Assembly: GCA_051047955.1 (NCBI GenBank)
Contig: JBPGPT010000004.1
Span: forward strand, 124,001-188,000
DNA: 64,000 nucleotides
Direction: 5' to 3'
From: Cystobasidiomycetes sp. EMM_F5
Taxonomy: Eukaryota
The notes beneath the pieces were generated by a model. It did not search any database. It saw only the letters and a program-made list of their open reading frames with translations, and was not told the DNA's origin. The translations under genes were made by a program, and so were the position numbers. Below are positions 24,246-36,748 of this stretch, in pieces (the first letter of the stretch is position 1; each line of letters begins with the position of its first letter).

Positions 24246-26142
24246 ATGGCCTACTTTACGCCAGACAACCCATCTATAGTTATCGATAAAGCTTTCGACG
24301 TCATCGGCACCATTTCGCAGAATAAATTGGCTGTCAGTGAGGTTCAGCATATGACTCGCTCAGTTCTGACGTCAATGCCGCTTACCTTAGCAACATGCCT
24401 TTCTGTCGAGCGTGTCCCTAGTTCCCATCTACTATGGCGCATATGCGTGAGTGCTTGTAAGCCAGATAGAATTGCTGCACCGCCTAGCTGAGCAGCGTCT
24501 TTCTCAGATCTTTACAGGTATGTCGCGCTATCTATACCGCCAGAAGCAGACGCACGCTTCTGAACACCTGTGTATGTGATACTACGGTGCAGCCGAAAGT
24601 ATTATCGCCCAATTCGAGCAAAGCTGGCAAGCCCAGAGGCGCAAAGGTTGCGTTGGCTAGTATAGTACAGCGAGACTTACGGAGCGTACTTCACATCATC
24701 ATCTCTTCCAGTGAGGGCATCCCAGGTCCCTAGCTATATGGGCACTTCTGACTGATAGGCGGTCACAGGAATCGCATATATGATCTATCGTTTTATAGCC
24801 CGATCCGAAAAAGTGGGCGTCCTCTACACCAATACACTACTCGAGCTTACAGAGATGTCTTAGTTAAAGTTCGCAGTATTGCCATTGGTAGTCGCAGGAA
24901 ATGCGAGAGCGGTGGCACGGGTTCGTCAAACGCGCCCGCGGCAGCCCTGATAAGATTACCATGCTGACTTCCCTTCCTCCAGACCATTAGCTACCTGGTG
25001 GAGAAAGTGATGGCTCTGCTTCCACTTGACCTCATTTCACAATGGCAGAAGAAGCTATGTCTAGACGAGATTGGTGAGTAAACAACTTGACACAAAATTG
25101 ACGAGAGTCATCACCAACGTTCTACGATGGTTTACAGCAGATTACCTGCCGACACAGCTCATGAAGCAAGTAAAAATCAACAAGTTGGCGGGTTACGGAA
25201 TGGCAATGTACCTAGCCTGGTCGGGCAGGTTGTCCAGGCGATCCGGCGCGATGTTCAGCATCTGTTTAGGAATGGCTCGCATCTTCACTCGTACAGCTTA
25301 CCCCGTAGTCAGGCGCAATCATACCATCGGACATCTGGTGGAAGCTGGTCAAGACGTTTACCTCGCTAACAGCTCGATTCCTGCATTCGATACTGTCCAA
25401 ACTTTGCAGACTACAGGTGCCGACAGCCAAACGTCAGAAGTGGTTGTAGACACTGTATTGGACGAGATGCGCGGAAATTCCGCTGCTGAGGTGCGCCATG
25501 CGTGTCGCCTGTCTGTTTAATGGACTTACAAATCGATTACAGGGCTCGGTCGGAAACGAGCATCACTCAGCAATAGACGATGAGCTAGAGCAGCTGAACG
25601 CATCAGACGAGGTCTGTCCCGTGGATGGGACTGAAGCCAACGTCACACTTGATCCCATAGGTGACGCGATTGCAGAGTTAAGGGCAGACGCAAGGCGAAT
25701 CTTCGATCTCTGGGTCGACCGCGTAACACGGTCTGCTAGTTGCATGACGAGCGCAGGTGTTCGAGATGCGGTCGTGCCTGGCGCCTTTATCGCCCATGCG
25801 CTCAAGTATGACTACGTCAACGCAGTGAAATCGGCTGCTAAGTCAGATGTAGCAATGTTTCCTGCAATCGAAGACTCCTTTGATACCCCATTCTTCTATG
25901 CTGCTTTCGCAGGCTATGCAGCTGGGCTTGCAGGGTGAGCATAGCTTCCGATGTCTCCAGGACAAGGCTGACAAATCAACAGTTCTTTTGCTGTGCACAG
26001 AACTACGAAGAGACTGCTACCCGCTCTGGCCCTTGTTCCCGCGGCATCACTCGCTACTACGCTTGCTTATGCCGGCTTTCAAGGACAATTAGAGCAATTC
26101 CTGAAGTTTAATGATGCAGAACCCATCGCAATCGAGATCTGA
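24246..26142 (+). CDS. SPP-like paralog, copy 3, predicted catalytically inactive
   Basis: VPIYYGAYA|SLQ with same intron layout as copies 1-2; AGVRDAVVPGAFIAHALKYDY aligns to LGLGDIVIPGIFIALALRFDY; FDTPFFYAAFAGYAAGL; LLPALAL; no YD; internal exon boundaries 24590-25070 uncertain. Confidence 0.72.
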
Positions 26143-26260
26143 GCCGGACAGGAGTACTCAGGAATGCCTTGATGACGATAAGTAATGACAATAAGTAATG
26201 CAAAATTCCGAAATGGCCAGAATGTTTAGCTGTGAAGAGCCATTGACCCTACGAAGTGTT

Positions 26261-26314
26261 GCGTCCAGTGTGATATATACCTATGACGCGTCCAGTGTGA
26301 TATATACCTATGAC
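26261..26314. repeat. perfect 27-bp tandem duplication
   Basis: gcgtccagtgtgatatatacctatgac at 26261-26287 and 26288-26314. Confidence 0.95.
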
Positions 26315-26371
26315 GAGTCGTTCTCTTCGTCTTCGTCTTCGGTCCCGTCTTGACCTTCGCCTTCGCTTTCA

Positions 26372-27574
26372 TCAGACTAAGCTCACGTCAGTTGTAGTAT
26401 CATCATCTGTATCAGAATCGGGGAGCCATACCTCATCTTCCGTAGCTAAATGACCCTCAAACGCTTCATCTATTGCTTTCTGCCAATATTCGAACTCCTC
26501 GACTGATCCTATACTTTCTTCGTCCAGTCTATCCAGTCGCGGACTTTTAACAAGATTAGGCAGCCATAACGGATCTCTGTTTAGGAGCTTGACTATGGCT
26601 GAAGAGGTCGAAGGCAGATTCAAAGGTTGTATACAGATCTCAGTTAGGCTTGGAGGAAGTCGTTGCAACCACCTCGCAGAATGTGTCGTCAGCGGTCTAA
26701 AGTACAGGCGAGACAGTGCTGGTCCGGTACAAGCCAGTATCTGTTCGCATGCAGCAGATCCAATTTCGCTGATTAACATTCCGCTAAGTTTCGGCAGCTT
26801 CGTCGGAAGCCATTCATGAACCCAGGCCTCCTCTTCTTCAGGCTCGGCGTTCGATAGATGAGGATCAATTTGCAACCAATCCAGGGTGTGCGCGCATGGT
26901 TCAAGAAGACATCGGAGTAACCGGGTAGAAGGGAGATCGTACGAGGCGACAATCAATGAGGAGAGATTTGTGAATGGTGCTCGCCATTGACTCCAGGCCA
27001 GATCATTCTGTCTGTCTAAGTGTCTGCAGGTACGTGCCTGGAGGGACAGCCATTGCAATGCTGGCGCAGCGGAAAGAAGAGACTGCAGAAGGGACATTGG
27101 CATGTCGTGCAGATACAGTCCTTGCAGCTGATACATTACTGGAAGGGACCGCGGGATTTTGACTGTGGGCGTCGTGCCTATGCGGGCGTGTGCATCGTCG
27201 AGCCAGAGTTCTTCTAAATGCGGCGTAAATTCGAGCAAGCGAGAGTCCGATAGGTGCTCAAGATAGAGGTTTCGAATGTATGAGCCGAGATAAGGTGCGC
27301 CTCTCAGCCTACGAAGCAAAGGTTGTCCCAGTCCTGCATTGCGTTGCCATTCCGAGGATGTGTCGGAATCGGAATCGGCCTCTGTGCTGCGGAATGTGAT
27401 GTCCGTATACAGGTGACTCACGACCAGCGAATGCCACTTTTTGCACACTTCACTGCAAGCCAGGAGATCGCGCTTAATGTCCAGGTATCGTTGCTTTGTC
27501 TCCCAAATCCCTTCAGATTGCGAAAGATGTTCGAAGATTACAGAGAGGATTTCTGATGGGAGCTGTTGAGCCAT
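26372..27574 (-). CDS. F-box protein with LRR/RNI-like C-terminal region, copy A
   Basis: LPSEILSVIFEHL...LLACSEVCKKWHSLVVSHLY; leucine-periodic repeats; WLPNL motif shared with copy B; single exon. Confidence 0.85.
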   Translation of the reverse strand: MAQQLPSEILSVIFEHLSQSEGIWETKQRYLDIKRDLLACSEVCKKWHSLVVSHLYTDITFRSTEADSDSDTSSEWQRNAGLGQPLLRRLRGAPYLGSYIRNLYLEHLSDSRLLEFTPHLEELWLDDAHARIGTTPTVKIPRSLPVMYQLQGLYLHDMPMSLLQSLLSAAPALQWLSLQARTCRHLDRQNDLAWSQWRAPFTNLSSLIVASYDLPSTRLLRCLLEPCAHTLDWLQIDPHLSNAEPEEEEAWVHEWLPTKLPKLSGMLISEIGSAACEQILACTGPALSRLYFRPLTTHSARWLQRLPPSLTEICIQPLNLPSTSSAIVKLLNRDPLWLPNLVKSPRLDRLDEESIGSVEEFEYWQKAIDEAFEGHLATEDEVWLPDSDTDDDTTTDVSLV

Positions 27575-28013
27575 GGAGGGGCCGGGCCATTTGCTGGCAA
27601 CGAGACTTGTATCACCGTCTGTGCAGCGCCAGCGCGCGGCCACCCTCTGAGAGTAGCTCGTTACCAGTTTGCGATGTTTACAGCGGGAGCTCGTAAAGGG
27701 GGATGTAAATGCGTCAGGCAGGGCAGTTGTGCTTGAAAATCAGCTCGAGTTAGAGCGTCTGCCCGTATTGCATATTCAAGTTTGCATAGTACATTTGCGT
27801 TGTTTGCGGGTAATGGGTTGGGCAGCAAAGGGGGTCTGTGCGAGTCCAGTAACGACCCAGAGCAGCATGTTTGACTTCCGCAGCCCTACTTTGGTGCGAA
27901 CGCCAAATTAACGAAAGAACATGACATGCGCGCAACTGCCTTTTGAACAGGCCGGATGTAACATTTCTCCGCAAATTGCAATGGCTAAAATGAACATCGA
28001 TAGAGTAGTCATC

Positions 28014-29322
28014 CTAGATACCGAGTGCTCTCCTACGCATCCACGCCTGCCCTATCGCATCCTGCCATGTCGCCTGCCCTTCTACGGGCTCATCCTCATC
28101 CATATCTGACACGATATGGGGAATATAGGCCAAATTTGGTAGCCACGCCGGACGAGCATCAAGCAGGTCGACGAGATCGGACGCAGTCTCAGCAAAGTCT
28201 TGCGTAATTAATTGCACATTCCGTAAGGATTCTGGGAGCCGCTTGAGCCATTCCTTCGTCAAACGATCACGCGGAAATAGGGTCGCTCGTAATAGTCCAC
28301 TCGCTGCAAGCGCCATGATCCTTCCGCAGGAGGCTTGTGAGATGTTTCGCAGACGCACAGACTCTAACGAGGCGAATTTCCCTGGCAGCCATCCATCTAG
28401 CCACTTACTTTCCTCATCGTCGTTCGAAATGAGCATAGTTTCATCGATAATCTCAAGTCGCAGATATTCCAAAGAGTCAGAGCATCCATTGACCAGCGAG
28501 AGAAGAGCTTGCTCCGAGGGGACGCCCTCCATCTCGATGATCAGATTCTTGAGCCCTTCGCAAGGCAGTATCCAGTCACTCCAGCGGCCATCGTCGTACA
28601 AGCCTGATAGAAAGATTGTGCAGCTAGTCAGAACATACGACACTGATAAAAGGGCTCTGATAAATTTTGGCGGGACCTGCTCCAGGTGTAATGCCTTGAG
28701 AGCGGGCAGCGTGGGGGGCAACCAGTCGTGCAAGACGCTGCTCATAGGTACAGGATCGCGGTAGTTACCGAAGAATAGTCCTGTTAATCGTGATGTGTAT
28801 GTCAGAAGGCGAAGGCCTTCATAGTGGTCAAAGCTTAGATTTCTGACGAAGTCGCCGTTCTCGGGCGACATCTGTAGGCATCGCAGAAGAGACGATATTT
28901 GCCATGGTATCAGGTCATCTACAGGGTGAATATCGTGAGGGTCGCTGTCGTGCTGAATGCATGAAACACGTGAGCATGCTCTCCGATAACTACTCGATAG
29001 CGCGACGTACTTGATGTTCCTGAGGCATACTGACACTAGAAGAAACGTCCACATCATTCGAACTCCCGTCTGCTGGCAGGCGATCTTGCAACAGCTGAGC
29101 AAGCTCTTGGCGACTGATCGCTCGTATAGGATCGGGATTGATCGGCTCTCTAGCGATGATGTCGCGGTAGAGTTGCGATTTCGCTGCTGACTCCCAGGTT
29201 TTGCAGACATTCACGCATGCTAGCAGGTTCCTTTTAACGCTGATGTATTCGAGGTCGTCGTAATACGGCGTGAGATGCTCGAATATCAGGTAAAGGATGT
29301 CATGAGATAATGCGGACGCCAT
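28014..29322 (-). CDS. F-box protein with LRR/RNI-like C-terminal region, copy B (2 exons)
   Basis: LSHDILYLIFEHL...KRNLLACVNVCKTWESAAKSQLY; one phase-0 intron (gtacgt...ttcag) joins ORF 28990..29322 to ORF 28014..29210; WLKRLPESL, WLPNL. Confidence 0.85.
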
Positions 29323-30137
29323 CGATGGTTGCGCAGCGAAGTTCGCTGAGTCCTCAAGGTAGTGGATGGAGGGAGGAAATATCAGCGAGGATAAACAGAC
29401 TTTTCACTCAGCCTCGACGGTACTTCAGTATCAGCAACAAAGGTTGACGGTTATACACAACGACTCATCGATCTGATGTGGCAATGTCCATCTGTCAGAG
29501 TTGCACCGGAAAGTTCCAATGTGTCTACTCCCACAGGTGGGCAAGACTCTCAACCTGAACATTTCTTTCGCGAGCCATGCTGGCTCTGACTTCCCGAAGT
29601 TGACTGACCCCGATCAATCTGATCTGATCGACGATTTACAGTCATTACTGTACTAGTTGTGAGTGCTGGGTGGAGAAGCTGATTTTGACGTGGACGTGAC
29701 AGCATAACCAAGTCCCTCTTCGCCGAGCCTTGTATTGTGTTCACACCAGCGGGCAAGCCGCCAGAAGACCGCTCACAGCTTTGTACGGGGCATCGCAAGC
29801 GTTCCACAAAGGGCGCTCGGGCTGCAGAGATGCGCACGGAGCTCTCGAATGGGCTGTCTTGAACGCTTTTGCGCAATGACTGAGCTTACCGCGCAGAACC
29901 ACGCCGAATTGATGAAACAATTGTGTGGGTCCCCTCTTATTATCAGCGTTTTTGGCTGAAAATGCGATATCTGATGATTGAACGGATCAATACAGTGCAT
30001 CGATTTGTTGCGGTACTTCGTCATTTCGCATTTTGTGGGTGTGCTCTGCCGCGAACCGAAGAAGGCATGGTCCGCACGGCTTACGAGGACAACACAATAA
30101 CACGCGCAGACAAAAGTCCTGTGATCTCAGAATTTCC

Positions 30138-33100
30138 TCACGCCCGTTTAGCGGGTATTGCTGGCCGCTGTATCGAGAGACCGTTAGACGAGTTTGAATC
30201 AGCGTGTGCCCTCATTCAACTTACCTTGCGCTGAATGAACATTGATGCTGCCACGGGTTTCTTTGGTGCTACCATCACGGGGCCTCCTTGCGAGGTATTT
30301 GTGGGAGGTTTTCGATCGATGTCCATTGACGGAGCAGCCTCAGCAGGAACAGCAATTTGTGCTCGAGTGTTCCCTGTTGATGATTCAACGCCTGACATCG
30401 CATCTTCGTCGTGTATTTCTCCGTCTTCTGGCTCTTCTTTCTTTACAGGTTGAAGCAAGCTAGTAGTTCTTGGCCGTTTCTGTTGTAAGATTGCAGATGG
30501 CAGAGAGCTGTCTTCTGCGATACCTTCCTCCTTTTTCACAGAGTCACTGAGTTTACGCTTTGCGGCCAGCGGCACTCTCGCCTTTCCTCCATTCTTCGTG
30601 TTTGGCGAAGTCGCGGTGGTGGGAGGGTTGCCCAGCTTAGCTGACTCCGATGCTTTCACCAAGCCGACAGGTGCTGCCATTATGCGTTTGGAAACGTCAG
30701 CCTGCTTGGACTTAGACGCTTTTGCTCGAGGGTTTGCTGGCCCGGCAGTGTTCGGTGTGGCAATACTTTCGCCGGCGAAAGTATCAACGTCAACCTGTAA
30801 TATAACCAGATTAGCGCTCTACCCTCATCATGCTTGAGTGGAGTTCAAGTTGGCCAGTCACCTCGCGAAGCAAACCTCTCTCGGTAGCATCCTCAATGAG
30901 TTTGCCCCAGTATTCGTTGTGCTTTAATGCCCTCGAGTCGCCCAGAACAAAGAGAGATGATCGCGCTCTCGTCAATGCTACGTTCATGCGTCTTGTGTCC
31001 GACAGGAAACCGATGCCACTGCCTTCGGCTGTACCACCTCGTACGCAGGACAGGATGATGATATCCTTTTCCTGGCCTTGAAATCCGTCTACAGTGTTGA
31101 AATCGATGGCGGATGTAATTTGATCGCCAAAACGCCGGCGAAATTGACGCCGAAGCTCGCCAACCTGGCCTTTGTAGGGAGTGATGACGCCGACACGAAA
31201 GCTGAAGTCGATTGTGTCGAACATTCTAACAAGGCTGGCGTAGAGGGCCAGAGCTACGGCTGCCTCTTCCTTGTTGATGAGCGAATGGTGCTTGCCCTTT
31301 TCCTCTCGGCCTCCGCGAACATGCAGAAACCCATACGGTGGGAACAGACTGCCTTTGTCGTGCCATACCTGCTTTGTTATCGACGCCATATTCGGACCAT
31401 CTAGGAGATGCGACTCGTAGAAAGCCTTACTTGGAAAGGCGCTAATATCTGGATGCATTCGGTACTGTATACTCAGCAGGTGTGTGGCCTCAGGAGCTGA
31501 CTGATGTAAGCGGACAAACAAGCTCGTGTTGTATCCGGCATTTGTTGCTTCTCGCGACTTTACAGTCGGAGGCAGCTGATTGGGATCTGCCAGATACTAT
31601 TAGAAGTCGGTTCAATGTATGGCATTCGTGACTCACCTCCTACCATAATGCACCTAGCACAATTATATTTTAGTGGTATGAGCGAGCTAATCTCCACTGA
31701 TTGTGCGGCTTCATCTATTATAACAGTTTCGAAATCGTAAGGTGCCAGGTATTCGTGTCCAGAGCCCGACAAGGTTGCACAAATGACGTCTGCCTCGGAT
31801 AGAATTTTCGACCGCGCTTGCCGCTTTGCAGCTTCCTGTTGCCTGCTCGTTTGTGTCATGCGATCGCGTTCTCGGTCAAGCTTTTCAGCTAAATCATCGA
31901 TTTTTCGCGATAACGCCGAGATTTCTGTGGTTACTTGTGCGAGTAGCGCGGTATTATTGGCAATATTAGCTTTCTCTTGACGTTTTTCATCTCTCTCGGC
32001 CTTGAGACCGGCCATTTCTGTGCGGGCTGCGGCCATCTTTGCCGCGGAATCTCCACTGCCAGTGTGTCCATTCGCTTTCGCCAATTCACGTTCTACCATA
32101 TTGTCGAGGAAGATATCGGAGACGCTTACGTTGATAGCTGAATCGGCGCCGATACGGACAACGTTTGGGGAGATCTTCTTGCCTTCTGAATTGTATACGC
32201 CATCTTTCAATCGTTTCGCTACCTCGTCCACTGCAGCGTTACTTGGTGCACAAAGCAATATCTTCTCTGCCGGAGCCTGCTCGCCGCCGTTCATTCCAGC
32301 ACTGATAGCAGTCGCTCGCGGTCCGCGACTGGATAGGAATGCACCGACTAAGCCCAAGATAGTTTTAGTTTTACCGGTTCCAGGTGGCCTGGTGTAAGCA
32401 ATGAGTGGTGGCATGCGCGAGAGCAAGGCGAGGTAACGCACCCTTGAATAAGCGAAAAGCCACTAGCCGACAAAGCAGAGACAATGGCAGCAGCCTGTGG
32501 CCTATTTACGCGATAGGCTGCCATAGCTCTTTCCAAGAAGTGATCGTCATACTCCGGCCTCGTACGGTGCGGAGGAAGCAGTATTTCATCCATCAATTCG
32601 TAATATGCCAGAGACATCAGCGCTGCATACTCACGATGCGCTGTCCCCAATCTATGTTCACAGTCAGCTACAGAACAGCTGCGTCGGTAAAACACACTGA
32701 CGACACCAATTTGATGATGGTCCAATTTGAACCGTTCATCAATGTCCGACTTTTGCTGCCGTCATCGCCGCCGAGATGCACGCGCACCACGATATCTAAT
32801 TTTTGCTGCTTGCGATGCACTGAATGCACTTTACCAAGCAATTGCGTTGGGCCTCGTAGCAGCACCACATCGCTTTCTCCGTATGGACTCCGTTCGCCAA
32901 CGCGAGCGACACTGAAGAACAGCTCGGTGAAGTCATCAACGCTCGAGCGTCCAGCTAGGGCTCCGCTGACGGTCTCTGTCTCGCTTGTACCGTCTAGAAG
33001 CTCATCTCGAGCCGTGGCAAGGTCGTTCCAGATCTCGAGCAGAAGCAGCGGCAAGAAAATACCGATGTACTGGCTGATACCTTCAAAGTGCTGTGGGATC

Positions 33101-36100
33101 GACCTCGCGTATCGAAAGGAAGTAGTCGGTAAGGAGCCTTGTTGCGTCACATTCCACTGTAAGATGGTGCGGTGTAAATCCGTGAAATCGGGATTATAAC
33201 GCATCTTTGACTTCTGCTGGCTCTGTTGCTGTATGTCTGCAGCGGTCATTATTCGTTGACCTCGCCGACTTTGTTGCTGTGTCGCTCTCTGAACAGGCTC
33301 GAGGAGCTTTGTTTTTCGATCTCCGTCAGCTTTGCGCGGCATCGCAGAGGGCATGTTAGTCTTCATTCCTATAGCTTTCGCTAGTCCTGAAGCTTGGTTC
33401 GCTGTCCAATCCTCACCGTCATCGCTATCGGACTGCTGCCGACGTGCTAACATGTCTGCGTGCGAAAACATCGGCATTCTGGAGGGGACACTCTTGGGCT
33501 TGGAAACACCACGTCCAGGAGGTACACTTTTTGACATCCCGTTCCCGTTCGTCGACGAACTCCTGCCTTTGCCGTTGAGTTTGTCGCGACTATCCAAAGC
33601 TTTCGCTCTGGCGGCTTCGCCCTTGGTGGTCGCAGATCCTACCGCAGGGCGTGCATTAGTCTTTGAGGTTGAAACCACAACGACCGCGTCCGAGTCGTCG
33701 CTATCAATGTCGATCGGGTCGTTTTCCGCCTTGCTTTTGTTACCCGAAGTGAGTTTATTCAGCTTGGCCTGTTGGACAGATTTGTGGTCCAATATAATCA
33801 TGTTGGAAAACTCGGCCTTGAGTTCTGGATGCTTTGCCAAAGCGGCAATCAGATCGTTCATCTCCGAAACACGAAGCATTTGTTCTTTCCGTTGCTTGGG
33901 ATCCTGAAACTTCTTCGCAAGCCTTCGTATCCGGTCGACGACCTCTTTGTTGACTGAAATCTCGGAACGTGCAAAGCGCTGCAACATGCTGACCATGAGG
34001 GCGGTAGTCAATTCTAAAAGATCGCGATCTGTGATGCGTAACCATTGTGCGAGCTTGCTCAATGGATCACTGAGAGATTCAATCATTTGGCGACCTCGGC
34101 TGGTAAGCTTGGCCGGCGATCCTTCTTGAGACCCGGCAGTGCCTCCAGTCACCGCACTTTCGAATGTCCGTACATCGTCCAGCAGCTCGCGCACAAACGT
34201 AAGGGCGTCCCGCATCTGGTCCGACTCAGAATGTCAGCCGAAAAGGTCTGACGAGGCAATGACACGGGCTCACCCATTCAGTCATTTCGTTGTTTTCAAA
34301 AGCCACAGACCAATGCTCAACGCGCTCGAGGATGATGGAAATGTCAACGCACATCATGTCCCATAATTTGCCTATAAGTCTAGACACTTCGCCTTGCTCG
34401 AGCCATTTGTCATCACGAATCAGGGGTTCTGACTTGTCGCACAGGACCGAGATCACGTCTGTCAAACATCTGACCAAGCGCTTCGCATGCCCGCATGCCT
34501 CCGGCAGTCGTACTGCTGAATCTTTGAAGGCCCGCAGAGACAAGATGACGCCGTTGAGCGCACTTTCGGCATGATTTAGAAACAATGCTCGAAAGGATTC
34601 GAGTCTGGAAGTCGTGTCGTATGCAGCCCGCACAACAGACTGAGCTGCTGTACTCAACGCTTCATTTGGACAGAGAATCAGCTGAACGATGGATTCAATG
34701 AGTCTATCGTGATCGAGTACGCGTTTGATTAGATGGACATCCTCGTCCGCCAAAAGTCGAAGCATTGTTGCCACGGGCGAGAATAGTTTCTCTTGCATTT
34801 CGTTGGTAGCCTTGAGAGCGTTGCGTAGTGGCTTGTCCTTCTCCAGCCCGGTCCAGCTACTACCCGACATGCGTGTGAGATGACCAGCTATCGAAATAGC
34901 AGTCGCATAGGCACCAATGCCCTGCCCGCTTATACTGGTATGAAAAGCGTCGGCAGACTCTTTCACTAGCGCGTCTGAGACTTGCAAGTCTGGAATGTCT
35001 GCTGCGGGTTTCTTTGATCGCCACAACTCGGCAAGCTTATAGATCTGATTGCGCAAGGCTGTTGCATCGCGTCCTGCGACGAGCGCTATAAAGCGTCTAG
35101 CTGAACGAGTCGCATCTGCCCAAGCCAGATCTTGAGTATATTCTTGCTTGAATGCGAGTCTGACCAGAAAGGCGGCGTGTTTATCGAGGTCACGAATTGC
35201 TGCATTTATACCAGGCCAGTCGACCTTGTTCGGCGGAGATCTGGACGCAGCTTTGGCAGACTCTGACCATGGTCCAACAAATATGGGGGAAATATTACGC
35301 AAAAGCATGTCGATACAGCGCGCTCGTATACCCTTGTCGAAATGTGACTTCTGACCGAAGTCGTCTAGGAATTTAGCGGTAATGATGGTAAAACACGGAC
35401 CAAAGAATGTCGAAGTTTTGATTGATCGGACGAAAGGCAGTATCCAACCAAATAGTGCATCTTCTGCAGATGCCCTTTGGTCAGCAGGCAACTTATCTAG
35501 CTCGCTCAGACTTGAGGTGTAAGCATCGTTGTCAAGTATATCGTATAGACGGGCACCGATGTACCCCAGATCCGTGTCGTCTTCGATTAATATACTGTCT
35601 TCTTGAGCTCGGCCTTTCCCTTTGCGATCTAGGAGGTTATTCCAGGTGGCTAGCTCTAGGCGTTCTGTAACGTAGCGGAAAGAGCGCAAAACGTTCGTCC
35701 AGTGTGATCCGGTATCACCGAGATGACCGGAAATGAGTCTGACGATATCATGCTTGTCTCCACCGCCGCCCATATAATTGATAAGTACTGGCGTGGTGCA
35801 AAAGCCTAGTATAGCAACTAGACCGGGCCAGAAGGCTTCCGCCGCATCGGTAATGCTGACACCATCAACTCGAGAGACAGCCTGCTCCACTTGCCCGGTC
35901 GGCCGGCGCGCTTGTCGGTCACGCTTATTTAGAAGATCTAGCAGGCCCAGGACAGCTGCAGGGAGACGATCATCCTTGGCAGACCAGTCTGCCTCCGTCC
36001 ATCGCCTGAAGGCTGGAAGTAGGCGGAACGCCCACTGTCTTAGACGTTTGTTGTCGCATACCAGTAGCAGACAGAGACCTGGAGGCAGTGGTAGATCGGA

Positions 36101-36748
36101 CGACCATGCAGAAGCTAGGGTGGGCAGCGAGTCTATACGCTCGGCCAGCGCGTGCAGTACGGGCTCTGATGCGTAAAGTGCTGGGTCTATTAGGATGTTG
36201 TAGATTAGAGGCAAAGGTAGCAATTCGGATGGTTTGCTAGACTCGACTGCGGTGAGTATACGATCGTGCTCGCGGGTAGCGAGATTCTTGTACCAGTTCT
36301 GGACGTGATCTTCTGGAAATTTACGTCGCAAGTACCGGTCTCCGAGGTCGCGACGAGCAGACCTTGCGCTGCGTACGCAGGCACAACACGTGTTTTGCAA
36401 CAAGGAATTGAGCTGTATACGCCATTCTTTGACTTTGCCGGACGCTCTGAACCCTTCGAGCCTGCAGCAGAAGAGTGCTATTTCGTGTAGAGCCGTCTTC
36501 TTTTCGTGGTCACGCGTCGCTGACGATGTTTGCGGGCAGAACCAGTGCACGTCGTCCTGGGCGGTCAGATAGTCAACCGCGAGACGTCCAGCGTCACTGT
36601 TTACCTGCTCGTCGTTGGGATTGTCCCTCCAACGCTTGAGCAAGGCTAGGACGGTGTGATGGTCAGTTGTGGTGGACGTGGATGGACCAGCGGATGAGGA
36701 AACGCCTGGAGAGGCTGACGCAGAGTAGCCGCCCTCCATCGCGGTCAT
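30138..36748 (-). CDS. SEN1: Sen1/senataxin Upf1-like SF1 helicase (multi-exon)
   Basis: N-terminal HWFC...CxxC region; IQG|PPGTGKT, CAPSNAAVDE, IIDEAAQ, QYRMHPDIS, TVDGFQGQEKD, RRMNVALTRAR; last exon RPAIPAKRA*. Confidence 0.95.

Noticed and set aside
28954..29011. Apparent frameshift or pseudogene in F-box copy B
   Set aside because: Canonical phase-0 intron with branch site restores the frame
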